DNA from: Catajapyx aquilonaris
Taxonomy: Eukaryota
Assembly: GCA_000934665.2 (NCBI GenBank)
Contig: JYFJ02003921.1
Span: forward strand, 1-36,407
Direction: 5' to 3'
DNA: 36,407 nucleotides
A program made the position numbers and the translations under genes. Below are positions 12,613-23,100 of the stretch, one piece after another. Every line of letters starts with the position of its first letter. Positions within the stretch are counted from its first letter, which is position 1. Under the pieces are notes generated by a model that did no database searches, was not told the origin of the DNA, and saw only the letters and a program-made list of their open reading frames with translations.

Positions 12613-14728
12613 TCACACTGCAAAACAATCCGATCGGATGCAAGTGTTCATTTTTGACTCTACAATATTAACAACAATGAAAACCATGATCCAACCGTCG
12701 TCTGATCGCGATGTTCAAGTCCTGCGTGAAGGATGTCATTGAGGTGGGCCTTATATCGGACATCATTGTTGAAAGAAACAATTGTCTTCGCCGCTCGATA
12801 ATTTTTCACTTCCAGCGATGACTTCCAAACAACTCCAACGCAAATGCACATTATTGTATTACTTGATGTGTCGGTTATATGAACAAACTCCAATGCTACT
12901 GGCCCGAGAGGTTTTCAAGGTAAGTCAACACATTATTGTGGTTTCATATATGTAGCTTACGAAATGATAGCGAATAGCCATTTTATAGTGGTCAATTGAA
13001 GCACAGCTCTTGGGATGTTAAATGATAAAGTGTGGTATTCTGGATGTGCGAAATGAAGATATTTTTGACCATCCGTCGATGAATTGCCCACTTCGAGGCC
13101 GAGGGCTTCGACGACTCATGACTTTGTATGGTAGTGTATTCCACTGAGTCAGATATATGTTTTATACTTTTAAAAATTCCCCCAAAATAATCGCACAGGA
13201 TATGTGGCTAAAGAGAAATAATTTTCAACCCTCGCTGGAAACCACAATAATGTGTTAACTTACCTTCAAAACCTCTCTGTAACATTGGAGTTTGTTCATA
13301 ACCGACACATCGAGTCCATACAATCATGTCTCGGCTCCCGACACGCCTCTAAGGGGCAGGGATCGTCACCAGCACGTCCGTTTCTCCCGGCTGCCTATGG
13401 GCGGCGCTGTATACCCATCACCTCTGGACAATACTTTTGGTGGCCATAGTACAAGCTTTGTTTTCTGTAATACCCAGGTACCGCGAGTGAGGGGGGATGA
13501 GTGGGAGGGGATGTGCAATGTTGTTGCTATGGACATTTTGTGAACTCCCCTGGGTGGTTAGTCTCAAGGAATCCCACCCGAGGCGAAGCCAGAGATGACC
13601 GGGAACTCCGCACGAGATGAAGGGGGAATGTCCAGGCTTGGGATCGAACCCGGGACCCTTACATCCGTGGGGTCATGTTACCGCAACACCACTCCGCCTC
13701 CCCTGGAGTCACATATGGAATTAACCATTTGGCTTAAGAAAAGTATACAATACCTGAACAAGGAGGCCAATAGAGTAATGACGAGTTGCTCTCCTGGCAT
13801 ATGGCATACTTATTGATCTAATGATACTACCTGGCTCAATGATCTAATTTTATCCACAGCACATCATCCACCATGCCTAAAGCAACCCTCACCCAATGGA
13901 ACCTTCTGGAAATAACTGACTGACACCTCGACTAACTGGGTACAGTATACTTTTACCCTGTATTTCATGAGAGATAAGGGCAAGTCAAAGCATGTGCATT
14001 AAATTGTGAGGAGAAGACCCAAGTAATATTTCTGCATTCCTTGTGACCATGAAATGACCATTTCCGAGTTATAAAAAAAATTGAAATTAAAAAATCTATG
14101 CATACATGAAAAATTCCTGTAAAATTTTCCCCCTGACAAAACTCAAGGCTGGGCCCTTCAACTTAGCACTGAAAACTATCAAACTTTAAAGCACCCTACT
14201 TCTGCCGCCAAAACTGCAAAACACAGTAAGTCTCTCTCATGTTTCCCCTATGTACTTACTGTGTTTTCGGTTTTGGTAGCAAACTTGTGGTCAGATTTAC
14301 ACTGCAAACTTCTTCATTTTGTTCTTTCTCATCTCAGTTCCTGTGTTGGTGGCTATTTTTAAAACATTTTGCAATTGTGCTAGTGTAATAATCCATAATA
14401 GCAATTAGAGTGACTTCAAAAATCATGGTAAAATTTTTATGACAATTACCTTTACATTCCCCTAAAATATTTTCCCTGATCTAAACTTCTAATAAGATTC
14501 CGCCAGATGGCTTGTACACATGTGATCCCCCAAAAAATAGTTTCTTTTATTCATCTAACTCTTAGAGGGAGGCGGAGTGGCGCTTCGGTAATGTATGCAC
14601 CCATGGATGGAAGGGTCCCGGGTTCGATCCCAGCCCAGGGTCTCCCCCCTTCATCTTGTGCAGAGTTGGGCCATCTCTGGCTTTGTCTCAGGTGGAAATT
14701 TCCTCTAGACGCATCCACCCGGGGAGTT

Positions 14729-14783
<55 letters not shown>

Positions 14784-17700
14784 TTTGGTACCCCCCTTGA
14801 GACCTAGTGGTCAATGTAGGGGGGGAGATCACCTCAGTTTTCTATTTTTCATTCTCTTCGGTGCGGGGGACAGGGAAGGGATGAAGAGGGAGGGACAGTG
14901 ATGCAGTGCATTGTCTTGTGGTGGGGGCCGTGTGCAGTCCCTCAGGGGGCCAAGCTAAGACACCCCCTAGGCGCGGGCCAGAAACCCCACCGACACCGCA
15001 CCTCTTCCAGGGCAGGGAAAGGAAGGAAGCAGCTGTGGCCTATCTTACAGTACGATCACAGAATTTCCCTATAACCGCAGCCACGCGTGACCCCCGCAGA
15101 AAAGGTTGGGAACCACTGTTCTAATCAGAGTAAATAAAACAGGGTCACCAATAGAACAAGATTGGCAAATCACATGAGCATGATTCGAGTCATTCTTTCA
15201 AGTAGACTTGTGCGGATAGAGTGAACCTAAAAAACAGGAAGTGGCGGGTCACCGGAAGTTGACCATGACATCTATTTAGGTCACAATTAAACCGAATATA
15301 AAAATCGTTTGTCACTATCTTTTGCGGTTCAGGCCCTGATACCTGTCCACATTATAATACTTTTTTTTCGATGATGAGAAAAAGTCTAAAAATTCACAAC
15401 ATGACTACTCACCTCTGAACCACCAGTTCCAGGGACTGGCTGTTATGGATCACGACATTGTTCAAATCAAGAATAGCAAGTCCTGGAATATGGCTTGCGA
15501 CTGTTCTCAAAATTACATCTGCAGAGGTGTTCCAATTCTGAAGTTGGACTATCTTAAGCTTAGGAAAGCTGCGGATCAACCGGCATGCTTTGGCTGCAGT
15601 GACGGAAGTGGGGACAAACTTGACCGCCTCCAAGTGCTTCTTCTGGGTTCTAGAGCAATGTCTCCATTCCCTACAAACGAGGGCAACCCCCAGCAGCAGG
15701 GATTGCGCAGGCAAGAAGGAAAATATATGTAGCCATATTTCCCTAGGAAGTTTTTTGTAGCCCTGCAAAGAATAAAATCATGTCTCACTGTATCTCATAA
15801 CACTGTTTACACATAGGACCCCCCCCCCCCATTAATGTAAGTGGCATTAACCCTATGACACCTACAGACATTGTAAGATGTCCTTCCCGTTTTTTAATCC
15901 GGCGGCAAAGTGTTCGCATGCAGAAGGCAAAGTTTGCGGGTCAAACTCCTTCTGCCATGGTCATGGTCATTCTGCCATAGGATGGTGACTCAGCACCCAC
16001 AAAGTCAGATTGCTACATTTAGCTCGCACCCTTGAAAGGTAAACAACCCCCCACCCTCCTGACAGTTAATGTAAAAATGCGGCATAATTACAGGGTGTCC
16101 CATAAGTCTGGACTCTTAGGAATTTCTCAGTACAGTGTTTTAGTATTATAATGAACGTAAAATGAGAGAGCAATCTGACGTCATCAAGATTTCCACGGAA
16201 ATACCCTCACAGAACAATATGGGTAAACAGTGTCAACAAAAAGCAACAATGGAAGAAACAATGACATCAGATCATTCTCTCGTTTTCCGTAGATTAGATA
16301 GATAGATAGATAGTTTTCCGTACATTATGTAGCCATAGTAACAATTTTATAGTGACTTTAAAAATTAAATTAAATTACATTTAAAGTTAATTGCATTTTT
16401 TTAAATTCCTAGAACACCCTGTAGATGAATTTTTTCGGCATTTTACATTCAAAAGGATCACCAAGTTTCAATTATAAATATTGGAGCATATTGTTTTTCA
16501 TTAATATCACTCCTACTACAAATTTTGGTCAAAAAGAGAAGAAAACGGCCCAAAAAACTCAGGTGTCAAAGGGTTAAGTGTGTCACCAAGTTCGCAAGAA
16601 AGTGTAAGAAGCCTAAAAAATTCTCAAACCCCATTTGTCCATTGACTTCTTTCTGACGTTTAGAAGTCTTGAATTGGCTCCGTAACTCTTGCTTTTACAA
16701 GTTTAGAAGCACTTTTTTTGAAAGAGCATGAAACAGTGGACATTTAAGAAAATTATGATTCCTGGCCAGTTGAGTCTAAAATACAAGGTGAACGAAAAAG
16801 AATGTGTGGATTTAAAAACCTTATAACTCGAAAACTTGTAGACATATCTAAATGATTTCAGTTTTGAAATGCTAAGAAATGTCTAAAGTTTTGGTCTCAC
16901 CTTAGCTTGTTTCAATATGAGATTCATTTGTCACTCAGCATATTTAAAAATATCTGTATACGGTCTCGTGCCAAATCCACTCAATCACATCTACAGTTAC
17001 TGTTGCAATCCTATCACATAGGGACTGGAGATCTTTGCACCACACACACTGTTCTTGTCAGTTCTTGTCAGGGAGCGATTTGATCGTGCAATGTCATCGC
17101 CAGCAGTAACATCGCTGCGTAACCAAAGTGACCAGTATTGTTTGAGACGAAAATCTATTGTTACTTTCACCTCAAACAATTGGATTCATCGCTCGGTGAT
17201 GACATAGCGCGATCAAATTGCTCACATGTAAACGCACCTTAAGGTTTCAAACTCTGCACGTTCTTTTTCAATCACCCTGTAAATGATACCAAAACTTGTG
17301 TGTAGTGGAGCCCTTCTGGTCTACAAAAGGTTTCTGTACACAGGAAAGGGGCCACTCTATGTGACAGTAAATCTTTTTACATGTCACTCTGAAAAAATTG
17401 TTCTCAGAGTCCATAAACTGGGAAGACTGTTGGCCACCACTTGGATGTGACTAAGCTAAAATCAGGTTTCTGAGTTCTGCCTTACAGTTGCAAACATGCA
17501 ATTTGTTATGCAGGGTGAAGGGAAACTCGCAGATAATTGCCAGGTAGACTGATAGTAGCCTACTCGTAAAACTAATATAGGGATGTGCAATTAGTTTTGG
17601 GCTGTTGCATAGTTCATGCGTGCGGCACCGTCAAAGTTTCGTGATGTCACGTCCATTCCACCAGCTTCGCAGAAGCAAAAGTCAGCTCGAGGGCCTCCGG

Positions 17701-18299
17701 TCTCTTGCCTTAGTCCCCTAACACATCATCCATGTGCAATAGGTGATCAAATCCCATCAGAGTAAGAATCCGGGGACGACACCCATGCACTTTGTCGTTT
17801 TTACCTCGTATTTTACCATCTGGCCCTCTACACTTTAGAGGTGCTGTACGTATTAACTACGCAACGGAGCCAAAAACTAATTGCACATTCCTATATTACT
17901 TTTGCAAGTACTATATAAGTTTACCTGGTGATTGTCCGCAAGTTTCCCTTCACCCTGTATTATCCACAACGGTATAGAGGGTATGCTGTACAGTAAACAA
18001 GTAACCCATATCCTGTATATGAAGTCTAGCATATTGTTAATTAACCTGTTACACCCTACCAAAAATTTCAGTCTATCTAATCTCCATTTTTTCAAGCATA
18101 AATAGTATGGTACCCAACACAGCTTTTATTCATCTGCCAGTTCCTAGTGACATCCCTGCAGCCTTCCATTTTCATCATCACTGTTTACCTGCTGAAATTC
18201 TGGTGCAACCTGTACTTCGGCAGGATCATCCCCACCACCTTCTCGTTTTTGCCTCTTTGCCTCCAATCTTGATGACCTCCGTGTAGGCCTACCCGCCAT
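10492..18299 (-). CDS. F-box/leucine-rich-repeat (FBXL-type) protein, ~405 aa, 3 coding exons
   Basis: Exons 18299-18189 (MAGRPTRRSSRL...EFQQ, phase 0), 15762-15413 (F-box LPREIWLHIFSFLPAQSLLLGVALVCREWR, phase 2) and 11248-10492 (Cys-containing LRRs, e.g. LESLKLFHCSGLPDSCLSVIASRCLELTHVTLFYCSGFTNTGL). The junction restores LELVVQ-S-CRSLKEVKL. Confidence 0.85.
11397..11665 (-). mobile_element. tRNA-derived SINE, full length
   Basis: A box TGGTCTAGCGG, B box GTTCAAATCC, A-rich tail; 12-bp TSD ACCACATTAATT at 11385-11396 and 11666-11677. Confidence 0.85.
11859..12139 (-). mobile_element. tRNA-derived SINE (second family)
   Basis: A box TGGTCTGGTGG, B box GGTTCAAACCC, internal CCTTCGGAGGGGAAGTAAAGCCG; TSD-like TTTTTWGGTGTAC on both sides. 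Confidence 0.8.
12153..13449. mobile_element. Tc1-like non-autonomous element with ~125-bp TIRs
   Basis: TA|CTATGGCAGCCAAAAGTATTGTCC...GGACAATACTTTTGGTGGCCATAG|TA; arms ~12153-12282 and ~13328-13449. Confidence 0.8.
12533..12612. repeat. (ATG/ATA)n microsatellite
   Basis: Direct reading; source of the poly-Ile ORF. Confidence 0.95.
14567..14727 (+). mobile_element. tRNA-derived SINE, same family as the 13703 copy, 5' part
   Basis: GGGAGGCGGAGTGG...GGGTCCCGGGTTCGATCCCA...CCCCCTTCATCT...GGGGAGTT. Confidence 0.8.
14728..14786. repeat. (TTTA)n microsatellite, probably the tail of a minus-strand retroposon extending to ~15075
   Basis: About 14 TTTA units followed by a GC-rich non-coding block. 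Confidence 0.8.
15413..15762 (-). CDS. FBXL gene exon with F-box and first LRRs
   Basis: TTTATTCTTTGCAG|GGC TAC...CAG AG|GTGAGT. Confidence 0.85.
15851..16573. mobile_element. piggyBac-type MITE
   Basis: TTAA|CCCTATGACACCT...AGGTGTCAAAGGG|TTAA. Confidence 0.8.
16091..16421. mobile_element. Tc1/mariner-type MITE nested in the piggyBac MITE
   Basis: TA|CAGGGTGT...TAGGAATTT / AAATTCCTAGAACACCCTG|TA; internal inverted repeats. Confidence 0.72.
16784..17279. mobile_element. mariner-type MITE with a nested palindromic fragment (~17072-17240)
   Basis: TA|CAAGGTGAACGAAAAAGAATGTG...CACGTTCTTTTTCAATCACCCTG|TA. Confidence 0.68.
17511..17957. mobile_element. Tc1/mariner-type MITE, copy 2 of the 2455 family
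   Basis: Same TIRs and colinear internal sequence as 2455-2902. Confidence 0.9.
18189..18299 (-). CDS. FBXL gene first coding exon (basic, NLS-like N-terminus)
   Basis: ATG at 18299; donor CAG|GTAAAC at 18188; an upstream acceptor (TTTTTCTTTGTCTCAG, 18358) implies a non-coding 5' exon. Confidence 0.7.
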
Positions 18300-18959
18300 G
18301 TTCCCTCCTATTACTTGCTGGTGGAAGGAGTCTTTAGGACAAGACACAAATCCGGGTCTGAGACAAAGAAAAATGGAGGTGAGATGAAAGGAGAGGATCA
18401 GAAAACAATGATGCTGCAGAAAAATTACGGCCAATAGAAAAGTGCTGTTATCAACTAGTTGGAACTACTGGCAACATCCACTGCCAGTCCTTGAAATCAC
18501 CACAGCACTACAGGGTGGGTCAGAACAGAGGTCACACATCCACACGACCACAAATACATGAACCCCCAGTAATAACACATAGTGCTGTGTGAACATTCAT
18601 TGCCCAAAGCACTTTGTAATCTTAATTTCCTGCCTGGTAACTCAGGGCTTCTGAGAGGTGGCAAATTATTCAGGCTTAATCTATTGTACCACTGTGACAC
18701 ACAAACTACACTAATGCCATAGTTCATGTTCTTTTCCAGGATATGGAATAAATCTAAACTAATTTTTCCTCTCATTTCTACTCATTTTCATTAGTTATTA
18801 CCAAGCATAGAAGGTGAACCAACAGCAGGAGATGACTATTTGATTGTCATATTTCCCTCACAATCGAACAACCCTTGCATAATATGATTCTAGGCCTAGC
18901 AATTAATCCAGATTTCAAGAGCAAGTGAGCCTCATTCTCACTTTCCTCTTACGGTCCTT

Positions 18960-19992
18960 AACCTACCAATCCTTAACAAGCACCACTCGCAGTCGCCTTC
19001 CACAAAAGTAGGTGATCAAATTGGTTTTAGACGGAAAACTATTGCCAGGAAAACGAACCGGACGATCACGTCTCCAGCTGCCACGTCATCTTCGGCAAGT
19101 TGGCAGGGACGGAAGGGTAGCCAACTGCATTCGTACCCATCAAGTTGTACCAACAGAAATGGAATTTTCAGTACGGTAACTCTTTCAATCCGCCACGGAG
19201 GTCTTACTTCTCTCTTTCTTTTTTACTGAAGGGAATGTTTTTGCTCTCATTTCAGTTCTTTTTTGACAGTAGCCTAGGCCTACGTAATAAGTACAATGAT
19301 GCCTCATTTAACGTCATTGAACACAAGGCATAATGATGATAGTGTCTCGCAGAGCAGTCATATAATCATGAACTTTGTTTGATTGGCGCTCAGGAACGTA
19401 ATTTCAGTCCTGAAGGGTGACATTTTCTGCTGGAAGATGGAAGCATGGAAGGAAGACTGTGTGTTCTATGCATGCAAATCTCAGCATATGATCATCCCGA
19501 GCTGTCGTTATGTAATAAGCCACTATTATTGTCATTCTGAAGCAAGTAATTGTTTTATGGAATACTGTATATATGTTCATATCTCGGGTCAAAAACAACT
19601 CGAATCTACTGGGTATGATTCCTTGATAAAAAATAACATTGCAGAACTCAAATTGCAATAAATAGGCCGTGCGACTGCACATCATATGACCGTCTGTAAC
19701 TTGATGATAATTTATACAGTAGTATCACTTTCTCTGAGGCGTTATCTGTTATACGTATTAGTTCTTTACATCCGCTATATCTCGCTGACCTACTGACAGC
19801 TACGCGATTTTATCCCCTCCCTCACTCCCTGAATCCAACATGGCGGCACCTTTATTCTCGTTCTCGAAGTGTATGTCAGTGTAGTTGCGGTCAGTGGAGA
19901 TAATTTTTTGGTTTTTGAGACGTTTGGTGTCCGGGTTGTGGTTATATAACTTCGCTGGGTTGGATAAGCATTTTAGTATCGAAGGACTGATC
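18960..19992. promoter_or_regulatory. Probable divergent promoter region between the FBXL and ATF7IP-like genes
   Basis: Head-to-head genes; locally CpG-richer DNA; candidate minus-strand donor GTAGGT at 18961-18966; CAACATGGCGGC (YY1/Pho-like) at ~19836; CRE-like ACGTCA at ~19083. Confidence 0.45.
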
Positions 19993-20167
19993 ATGGCCCC
20001 CGTGGATCTCGAGTTAATGTTTGAAACTCTCTTGAGCGTAAAACGTATGCTGGAAGATTTGTCGCCCCGAGTTATCTCACTGGAGGAAGGGATGGATGCC
20101 CTGAAGGAATGGGCCTGGAGTGGTGGGTACCGACGAGGGGCTGAAGAGGGCAGAGTAATGGGACCAG
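19993..20167 (+). CDS. ATF7IP-like exon 1 (amphipathic/coiled-coil-like helix)
   Basis: atcATGG start; MAPVDLELMFETLLSVKRMLEDLSPRVISLEEGMDALKE...; donor CCA G|gtgagt. Confidence 0.65.
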
Positions 20168-23100
20168 GTGAGTTGGGGACTTGCATTTTAATAAGGGGGC
20201 TTTGACATGAGGTGATGTGGTTGTAAGGCAAATGGTCGCATTCCAATCAGGGCCGGCAACCTTTTCAAATTAAGGCAGATATAGGAGGAGGTGACACTGA
20301 TCCTATTGAGTGAATCTTCATTTCTTTTCTGCGTACTCATGTGAGTCTTATTTACGAGTAACATAGATGGCCACTTTGAAGTGGTAAGCATGATTATGAA
20401 TTTTGCTTGTGGGAGGCAATGGGGAAAAGCAGAGAAAATGTGCACAAGCACCGAGAGAAGCCTTCATCATAACTCCTCTCATGTGAGGAAATTATTATCA
20501 GTTCCAAGCACAACCAAACGGACTCATTTTACTCCGTTTTACTCCCCTGAATTTTGATTTTTTTTTTGCATTTTCTAATTCTCCTTAGCCTACCGGTATA
20601 GTGTTGTGCAAACATATATCACCTCAGCTGCTAATGCTCACGTTAGCGGGTGATACAACACTATAGGCCAAGAATAATTAGAAAATGCAAAAAAATCTCG
20701 AAATTCAGGGGGAGTATACAGATTACAGAGTCAAGTTGGGTTGTCAGAGATTGAACTCTGGGCATTGGAACTGTATGGCTGTGGCATTTGGTTGCGTTAA
20801 CCATGCTTATGCCACCATACTGTTCTTGTCACAAGTATTGAAGAAAAGCCAGGAGTAGTTATTATGACGATGAGTTGGATTGTAAAGTCTCTCCTGATCA
20901 TCAGATTTCTGGAAGAATTTTCCATTTGGAAATGGTTTTGATATAATTATTATATCCTCTATGTTTGCGTGCGTTTTCATGGGTTTGTTCCAATTTCCTT
21001 CAACGGTCGCATTTTGTCACTATTGAGGCCTAGGGGTTAACCCAAGGGTTAAGTGTTAACCCAAGGGTTAACCAATAACCACTCGACTGTAAAGTGTTCG
21101 CTGGAGTACCAAATTCAAGGAGTACCAAGGAGTACCTAAGAGTAAGGTACCTAAGGAGTACCTGGGAGTACCACTACAGGCGTAGATACACCGGAGTACC
21201 GAAGTGGCTAACCCCTTGATTGAGGCTATGAATAATAAAGTCTGGCCAAATTAAATCAAAATAATGTGACTCCCTAATTAGCTACACATCGGTCAAAAGG
21301 TAACCTGAAACAACAACATCAACAACAACAATAAAATTTGGACGCATTTTGACAACCTTTTCTTTCCTTGGTGTTCTTGTAATTATTTGCCATGTCGAAG
21401 ACCATCACAGTCGTCACATGTATGATACGAGTAACTGTCTCCTATGGTTGACTTGTAAATGAGCGAGTGCTGAGAATGAGGGTGTCACTGGAATGTGGTT
21501 TGTCTCTATGGTTGCAGATAACAATTCAAGCAACGTTCCTCCTGAAGCCCTGCCTTTGGTCAATGACCAAAGTGGAAATAATAATTCATCATTGCCTGTG
21601 GGCTACGTGAATGTTGACCAGCGCAGCACAGAAGAGATGGCAGTGGATCATGAGGACCCTCAATTCCTTGAGAGTTTGGTGAGGATGAAATTGCTCATTT
21701 ATGGCATTTATGGGGTCAAGAGGTTAAATGAAATGGCCAGGTCAAAATTTAAGGGGTTTGACAGGTGTTGGTGTAAATTGGCCATATTTTTGGGACAATG
21801 GCTATGGACAAAGTATCGCAACATTTGTAAAGATGTGCGGTAGATGCAGTTACATACCGTATATCATAATCACAGTAAGTATTGCCCTCTGAAAGTGGTA
21901 GTTAGTGTCAGTGATGAGAGTGCAGTTATGCAATAAGTTTAATTTTAAAAAAATAATCCAAGATGTATAGCCTAATCTGAAACATTTTTGGTTTAGTTGC
22001 AAAGAAACATTTTAATCACACAATTATTTCATAAAGAAGTACTGGTATGAATTTTAATGTGGTTTTCAGTCAAGTTAACAAGGGCAAAAATATTTCCTTA
22101 TCAATATTTGTAGTGAAATAATTGATGGGCTCCATGAAAGAAGGGGGCAACTAATGTGGAATCCCAATGTTGTTTGTTACCCCCTTCTTTCATGGAGCCC
22201 TCCAATTGTTGAAGACCAATGAACATTGTTTACTTATCAGTGTCATTGCAATAGAACGTGTTGATAAGTTAGTGTTATAACAGATGACATATTTCATTCT
22301 GAACTCTTTGTCTAATGCTAATATGAAATATTGTTAGTTGAAGGATAGTAGCATGTTTTTCCCTCTAATGGTAGAATGAAGACTTGGAGGAATCCAAAGA
22401 AGACGGAGCATCCAGAAACATTGATGAAATTCCTCTCCGCCGGAGTGAGATTCAGTCAGATTCCAATGCAGAAGTTGGCAGTGCGACAAACACAGGTATG
22501 ATTGTGATTTGCACTAGGTTTTTCATAATTTGACTGACAAACATCCAGGTTGAACTCCTGTAGCACAACAGATCACTTCATGAGAGATGTTATTTGGCCA
22601 CTTAAGCATCATTTCTGAGATAATGGGGGTTTAAACACATTTCATGAAATATTCTGGCATGAAAGAATTTCTCTGCACACCTTACATATTTGTTTAAATT
22701 TTTGGTGATACCACGTTAATATTATGAGCAATTCCAATGGGTGTAGGAGCCAGTGTGTTAAGTGATGAAAGAGTATAATAAATAGCCTGTTTCAGGGTTA
22801 ATGGTATTTCCTCTTATTTATAATTTAAATATTTTGGCATTTTAACATTTCTGCAGGCCAAGGAGCTGCCTCCACCTCTGGACGTGTCCTCTCGGAAGAA
22901 TCTCCCACTTTCTCCATACACGATGGTGGAAACCCGCATCAGGAAGCAGAGCACCTGACCATTCGAAATATTGCGGTATGTGATTTTTTTTTAAATGGCT
23001 TCTATCATATATGGTGGGGGCCAGTGACATGCTGTCCCTTCCTATGGATGTTTAGTGGTCAGCTATTGCATTGAATTATTGTTCCGCAAATATTATTGTT

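Larger units (their letters stand above)
11792..13703 (-). mobile_element. tRNA-derived SINE (third family); head 13703-13452, tail ~11792, split by nested insertions
   Basis: Head GGGGAGGCGGAGTGG...GGTTCGATCCC; TSD TGGAGTCACAT at 11781-11791 and 13704-13714; T-run tail at 11792. Confidence 0.72.

Noticed and set aside
12536..12742. Poly-Ile ORF, and likewise the YLFI-repeat ORFs at 14507-14901
   Set aside because: These are translations of (ATA)n and (TTTA)n microsatellites.
19800..20246. 148-aa minus-strand ORF
   Set aside because: Antisense shadow of ATF7IP-like exon 1, with no domain signal.
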